DNA from: an uncultured Chloroflexia bacterium
GTDB lineage: Bacteria > Chloroflexota > Ktedonobacteria > Ktedonobacterales > JADMIN01
Direction: 5' to 3'
Assembly (NCBI GenBank): GCA_963826075.1
Contig: CAWGVQ010000015.1
Location: 42,211 to 106,210 of the forward strand
Length of the DNA: 64,000 nucleotides
Shown here: positions 61,301 through 64,000 of the stretch, piece after piece
How the letters are laid out: each line of letters starts with the position of its first letter
Position numbering within the stretch: position 1 is the stretch's first letter
Notes under the pieces: model-generated
What the model was told of the DNA's origin: nothing
The model's database searches: none
What the model saw: the letters and a program-made list of their open reading frames with translations, nothing else
Program-made: the position numbers and the translations under genes

Positions 61301-61540
61301 TTGAATATCAGCGATGCCTTGGATGCTTTGCTCCAAAGGATCAGTGATATCATGCTCGACGATGGTGGGCGATGCTCCGGGATCTACGGTTACGACGGAA
61401 ACGGCGGGGAAATCCAGCGAAGGGAACAGTTCCTCTTTGAGCGTCGGGATCACGAAAGCGCCAATGAGTAAGATGGCGATCGTGGCGAGGCCGATGAGGC
61501 TGCGATTCCTGAGGCTGAGCCTCGCGAGAAATGACATCAC
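58349..61540 (-). CDS. RND efflux permease (AcrB/SwrC-like)
   Basis: ELFPSLDFP, AIGRVVDDSIVVLENI, GIVVTNAIVLLD, RRLRPILMT; 1063 aa. Confidence 0.96.
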   Translation of the reverse strand: MMSFLARLSLRNRSLIGLATIAILLIGAFVIPTLKEELFPSLDFPAVSVVTVDPGASPTIVEHDITDPLEQSIQGIADIQQETSYSNQGVSIIVVEYNFGTDINQASQTLAQDLNQAQASLPAGVTPEVQTFSVNSLPVIQLAVTSSADPVTLAAQVKQTVVPALQSINGVASASVTGAEQQIVTVTLDLAKVQGDGLSVSQIEGVLQANNLTVPAGQITSNGQTLPIQVGNTFTSLDALKNLIVGVSVPPASTGTGTGGASPLPTARPTPITLGDVATVEQTLAPSTSITRTNGQPSIGIAITETNDGNTVSISQAIRGELPALQRSLGDHARIFVVFDQAPFVTSSVNGLISEGLIGAAFAILVILVFLFSLRSTLVTAVSIPLSVVIALIGIGVGGFSLNILTLGGLTIAIGRVVDDSIVVLENIQRHLRQDVDADKLSTIIGAVREVAGAVTASTITTVAVFLPIAFTSGLVGELFSSFAVTVTIALLASLFVALTIIPVLAYWFLKVPTASAQQGRLAQDSRIWLERGYVPLVRWVTTHRLVSIVGALLIFFGSIALVPSVGTNFFSNSSQNTFSITQTLPVSTSLQQTGQATRPVEAVLATVAGIQTYQVTIGSSGSVASSFSGGSGSNSATYAVTTDPNANQVALQQTVQNRLSRLSGVGTIIVSASNQGFNSSGLAVNVQASDDQTLRTATQLVLNAVKDAPDTTDVTSNLADAAPLINVQVDPTLALLHGLTAEQVGQDLRMVYSGTTVTQVTLGGTQEAVNIQLGTPVTTVAAMQDLLLPGPTGTVRLGDVATVTQTYGPPQITHLGGVRTATVNATITSSNIGAVSADIQQRLNKLNLPAGATVSLGGVTASQSQAFSGLLLALLIAILLVYLVMVATFRSIIQPLILLVSIPFAATGSILLLLITHTTLGVPALIGLLMLVGIVVTNAIVLLDLVNQYRAKGLDARAAVVEGGRRRLRPILMTASATILALLPMALGLSQAGVFIAGPLAIVVIGGLTTSTILTLLLVPTLYVAVDDLRGRFDRRRTTMTMPTDTPVQGEAEQTQAKSTLA

Positions 61541-61591
61541 GAACTCCTCTATCTGATGATTGAGTCTGTTGCCCGAGCTGGGCTTGGAGGC

Positions 61592-61609
61592 TTATTCATC
61601 GTTTAGTAA
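61592..61609. promoter_or_regulatory. Putative TetR operator upstream of the RND gene
   Basis: TTATTCATCGTTTAGTAA, similar to TTACTTAACCATTAGTAA upstream of tetR. Confidence 0.5.
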
Positions 61610-61667
61610 GTAAGCTGGCTGTAGCTTCGTTACGCGACTGATCGACCTGTTGCTGGCACCATGATGT

Positions 61668-62307
61668 CTACGGTGCGCTGTGGTCAGCAATGCCCTCAAG
61701 GAGAGCCGACACCACATAGCTGGCTAACTGACGGGCGTCGTACCTCTCAGTTCCACCAAGTGCCAGATGCTGAGTCTGCAGCAACGATATGCTCATGCCC
61801 GTATACATGGTTGCCAGTACAGCGGCCGGTATCTCCCGTTTGATATCCCCAGCATCGATCGCCTGCTGGAACAGGTCAGTTACATGCTGGACAAACACGT
61901 TTTGCTGCTGTTCCAGCGCCACACGTTGAGCTTCACGATCAAGTACATTTTCGTGAATATCACGCGCAAGTACCATAAAGCGGTCGATGGGCAGCGTGAG
62001 CAAGTATTGCGTTAACGTGATCAATCCGTCCCGCAGCCCGCGCGCCTGCCCAGTGGCACGGAGCGCTCCTTGTGTCCATTCCTCAAGCATCATCTGGATG
62101 AAGCTGACAAAGAGATCCTGCTTGCCACCAGGAAAATGATAGTACAACGCCGCTGAGGTGACCTGTACTACCTCGGCGACCTCTTTCATGGAAACGCCCT
62201 TATATCCCCTGGCGAGGAAAAGTTCCCGTGCCGCTTCGAGAATCTGTTGCCGGGTCTCGCGATCTGCGGCAGGTGAAGGACTCTCCTCGGTCACGGTTTT
62301 CTTCATT
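61668..62307 (-). CDS. TetR/AcrR family regulator (start uncertain; ORF open to 62330)
   Basis: TRQQILEAARELFLARGYKGVSMKEVA...ALYYHF. Confidence 0.92.
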
Positions 62308-62345
62308 GGGTTCACGTTTAGGCTTCCCACTATTCGGCAGTCATC

Positions 62346-62403
62346 TTACTTAACCATTAGTAAATTACGTAGTAACTATGGGCCTGCTCCTTCAACGTGT
62401 CAA
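62346..62403 (-). promoter_or_regulatory. tetR-RND promoter and operator
   Basis: TTGACA-17-CATAGT on the - strand; palindrome TTACT-N8-AGTAA at 62346-62363. Confidence 0.65.
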
Positions 62404-62522
62404 GGTTCAGTAGCGAAAACCGAAAACAAGGCTCCCAAAAGCTACAGCACCAGGCGGTCACCTGGCAGAGAATTCAAGCGCTGCCGCGGTACGCACAAGT
62501 AGATGCCGGCCGGCGCTCGAGG

Positions 62523-63104
62523 TTAGGCGGGCGACGTGGCCGGCACCAGCTCGATGTGGAGCCTGATCGTCACATTGTCCGCAATCTTCTGCATGGGGCG
62601 GCTCCATAGCAGGCCAAAGTCGCGGCGGTCTAACTCGGTGGTGAGGTCGACCGTGCGTCTCTGCTCCGCTCCTGGTTGAGGCATATACTGCGCATCCAGA
62701 CGGACTTCATGGGCCACATCTCGAATGGTCAATAACCCAGTGACGCGGTACTGACCGTGCACTGGATCAAGCTCCTCGATGCGCCGACTGGTAAAGGTCA
62801 ATTGCGGGAAGTGTTCGACGTCAAAGAAGTCGGTAGATCGGAGATGCTTGTCACGTGCCTGCTGCTTGGTGTCCACACTGGCGGCTCCGATCATCACGCT
62901 CACCTGTGCGTTACTGAGGTCGCTGTCCGCGCCTGTGCCAGTAAGGGTGCCATGGACCTCTGTGAAGCGCCCTGGGACCGTGACATTGGTGAGAAACATG
63001 AGCCGCATGCGGCTGCTGAACTCCAACCGCGAGGCGGTGGGATCAATCTCCCAGGTCGTACTGGTCGCCGGTGCAGCTAGGTTCTTATCTGCTGGTATCG
63101 TCAT
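62523..63104 (-). CDS. YceI family protein
   Basis: WEIDPTAS, RDKHLRSTDFFDVEHFP, LDRRDFGL; AAGGAG RBS. Confidence 0.9.
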   Translation of the reverse strand: MTIPADKNLAAPATSTTWEIDPTASRLEFSSRMRLMFLTNVTVPGRFTEVHGTLTGTGADSDLSNAQVSVMIGAASVDTKQQARDKHLRSTDFFDVEHFPQLTFTSRRIEELDPVHGQYRVTGLLTIRDVAHEVRLDAQYMPQPGAEQRRTVDLTTELDRRDFGLLWSRPMQKIADNVTIRLHIELVPATSPA

Positions 63105-63239
63105 TGGACTCGTCTCCTTCGCTTCTGTGAATTTCATGTCTCATGCGTGCATGGTGATTGCGAGTGAGCGGGAGGAGTGCTCCCACTCGGTCTGCGCCTT
63201 CGGCTCACGTACTGTGGTGTCGGAACCTGGCTTTTGCTC

Positions 63240-63803
63240 TTACGCTTGCGGTTGCTCCACGAGTTCGCCTTCGACTTGGATCTGGACCTCGTCGCTGACG
63301 ATCCATTTGCCGTCGAGCATCATGTTGAAGGTCATGCCGAAGTCTTTGCGGTTGATCTTGGCTTCGGCGCCGTAGCTGAGGCGGTGGCCCATGTTTGGGT
63401 CATTGAACTCGCCGTAGCGAACGACGTCGAGGGTAATGGGGCGAGTGGTGCCCTTGATGGTCAGGTCGCCGCTCAAGCGGTAGTGATCACCGCCCACGTG
63501 CTCGACTTCGGTGCTCTTGAACGTAATAGTAGGGTACGTGTCGACTTCAAGGAAGTTGGACGAGCGCAGGTCATTGTCGCGCTGCTCGTTGTGGGTGCGC
63601 ATGCTGGCGGTCTGGATACTGACCTCGATCGAGGTGGCCTCATGGTGGACTGGGTCAATGGTGCCCGTAACCTTGACGTCGGTGAACAGGCCGCGCACGG
63701 TCATCATGCCGAGATGCTTGGCGGCGAATTCTACTTGCGTATGATAGGGATCGGCCACCCAAACCATATTCGGGGTGACCTCGGCTTCATGCGGTGTGCT
63801 CAT
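63240..63803 (-). CDS. YceI family protein
   Basis: DPYHTQVEFAAKHLG, RDNDLRSSNFL, INRKDFG; GGAGG RBS. Confidence 0.92.
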   Translation of the reverse strand: MSTPHEAEVTPNMVWVADPYHTQVEFAAKHLGMMTVRGLFTDVKVTGTIDPVHHEATSIEVSIQTASMRTHNEQRDNDLRSSNFLEVDTYPTITFKSTEVEHVGGDHYRLSGDLTIKGTTRPITLDVVRYGEFNDPNMGHRLSYGAEAKINRKDFGMTFNMMLDGKWIVSDEVQIQVEGELVEQPQA

Positions 63804-64000
63804 GATCGTTCCTCCAGTGAAATGGCTGTCTTTATGTCTCGTATTCCGCACTACGATGATAGGACCCCCCAAACGACCAGCTGGGAGGCGCGGGCATATA
63901 CAGAGTAGGCCCTCCGAACCGCGTTCTCTTTGAACGTAATGGTGAAATGCTGTAGGCCACTTGCATCGGCCGGCGCGGGTGGTACCCCTCATCCGGACCA

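Noticed and set aside
58349-61540. RND pump without membrane-fusion or outer-membrane partners
   Set aside because: Normal for monoderm bacteria (SwrC-like).

Overview
A GC-rich bacterial accessory region. The mix of IscB, XRE-NB-ARC-TPR and LAL regulators, a zf-HC2 anti-sigma and an RND pump with no fusion-protein partner suggests Ktedonobacteria/Chloroflexota (inference only). It is a patchwork of short gene modules, mostly redox and detoxification genes (SDRs, VOC proteins, epoxide hydrolases, DJ-1, LLM, GMC, YceI, efflux) with local regulators. Between them lie many truncated genes and IS remnants (IS701, ISLre2-like, IS630, IS1-like, ISAs1). No rRNA, tRNA or CRISPR array was seen. Main observations: (1) a dispersed, co-oriented 95-bp imperfect palindrome (TGTnCTGGCTAC...GTAGCCAGnACA). 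It has 3 full copies, 1 half copy and 2 solo ends, no target-site duplications, sits at module junctions or gene-truncation points, and carries an outward-reading SD+ATG mini-ORF. (2) An apparently intact IscB + omegaRNA element that seems to have inserted between the RBS and start codon of an HTH-NB-ARC-TPR gene. (3) A 4.88-kb near-identical tandem duplication that may be an assembly artefact. (4) A DJ-1/PfpI-VOC fusion. Products were assigned by motif recognition only; no database searches were run.
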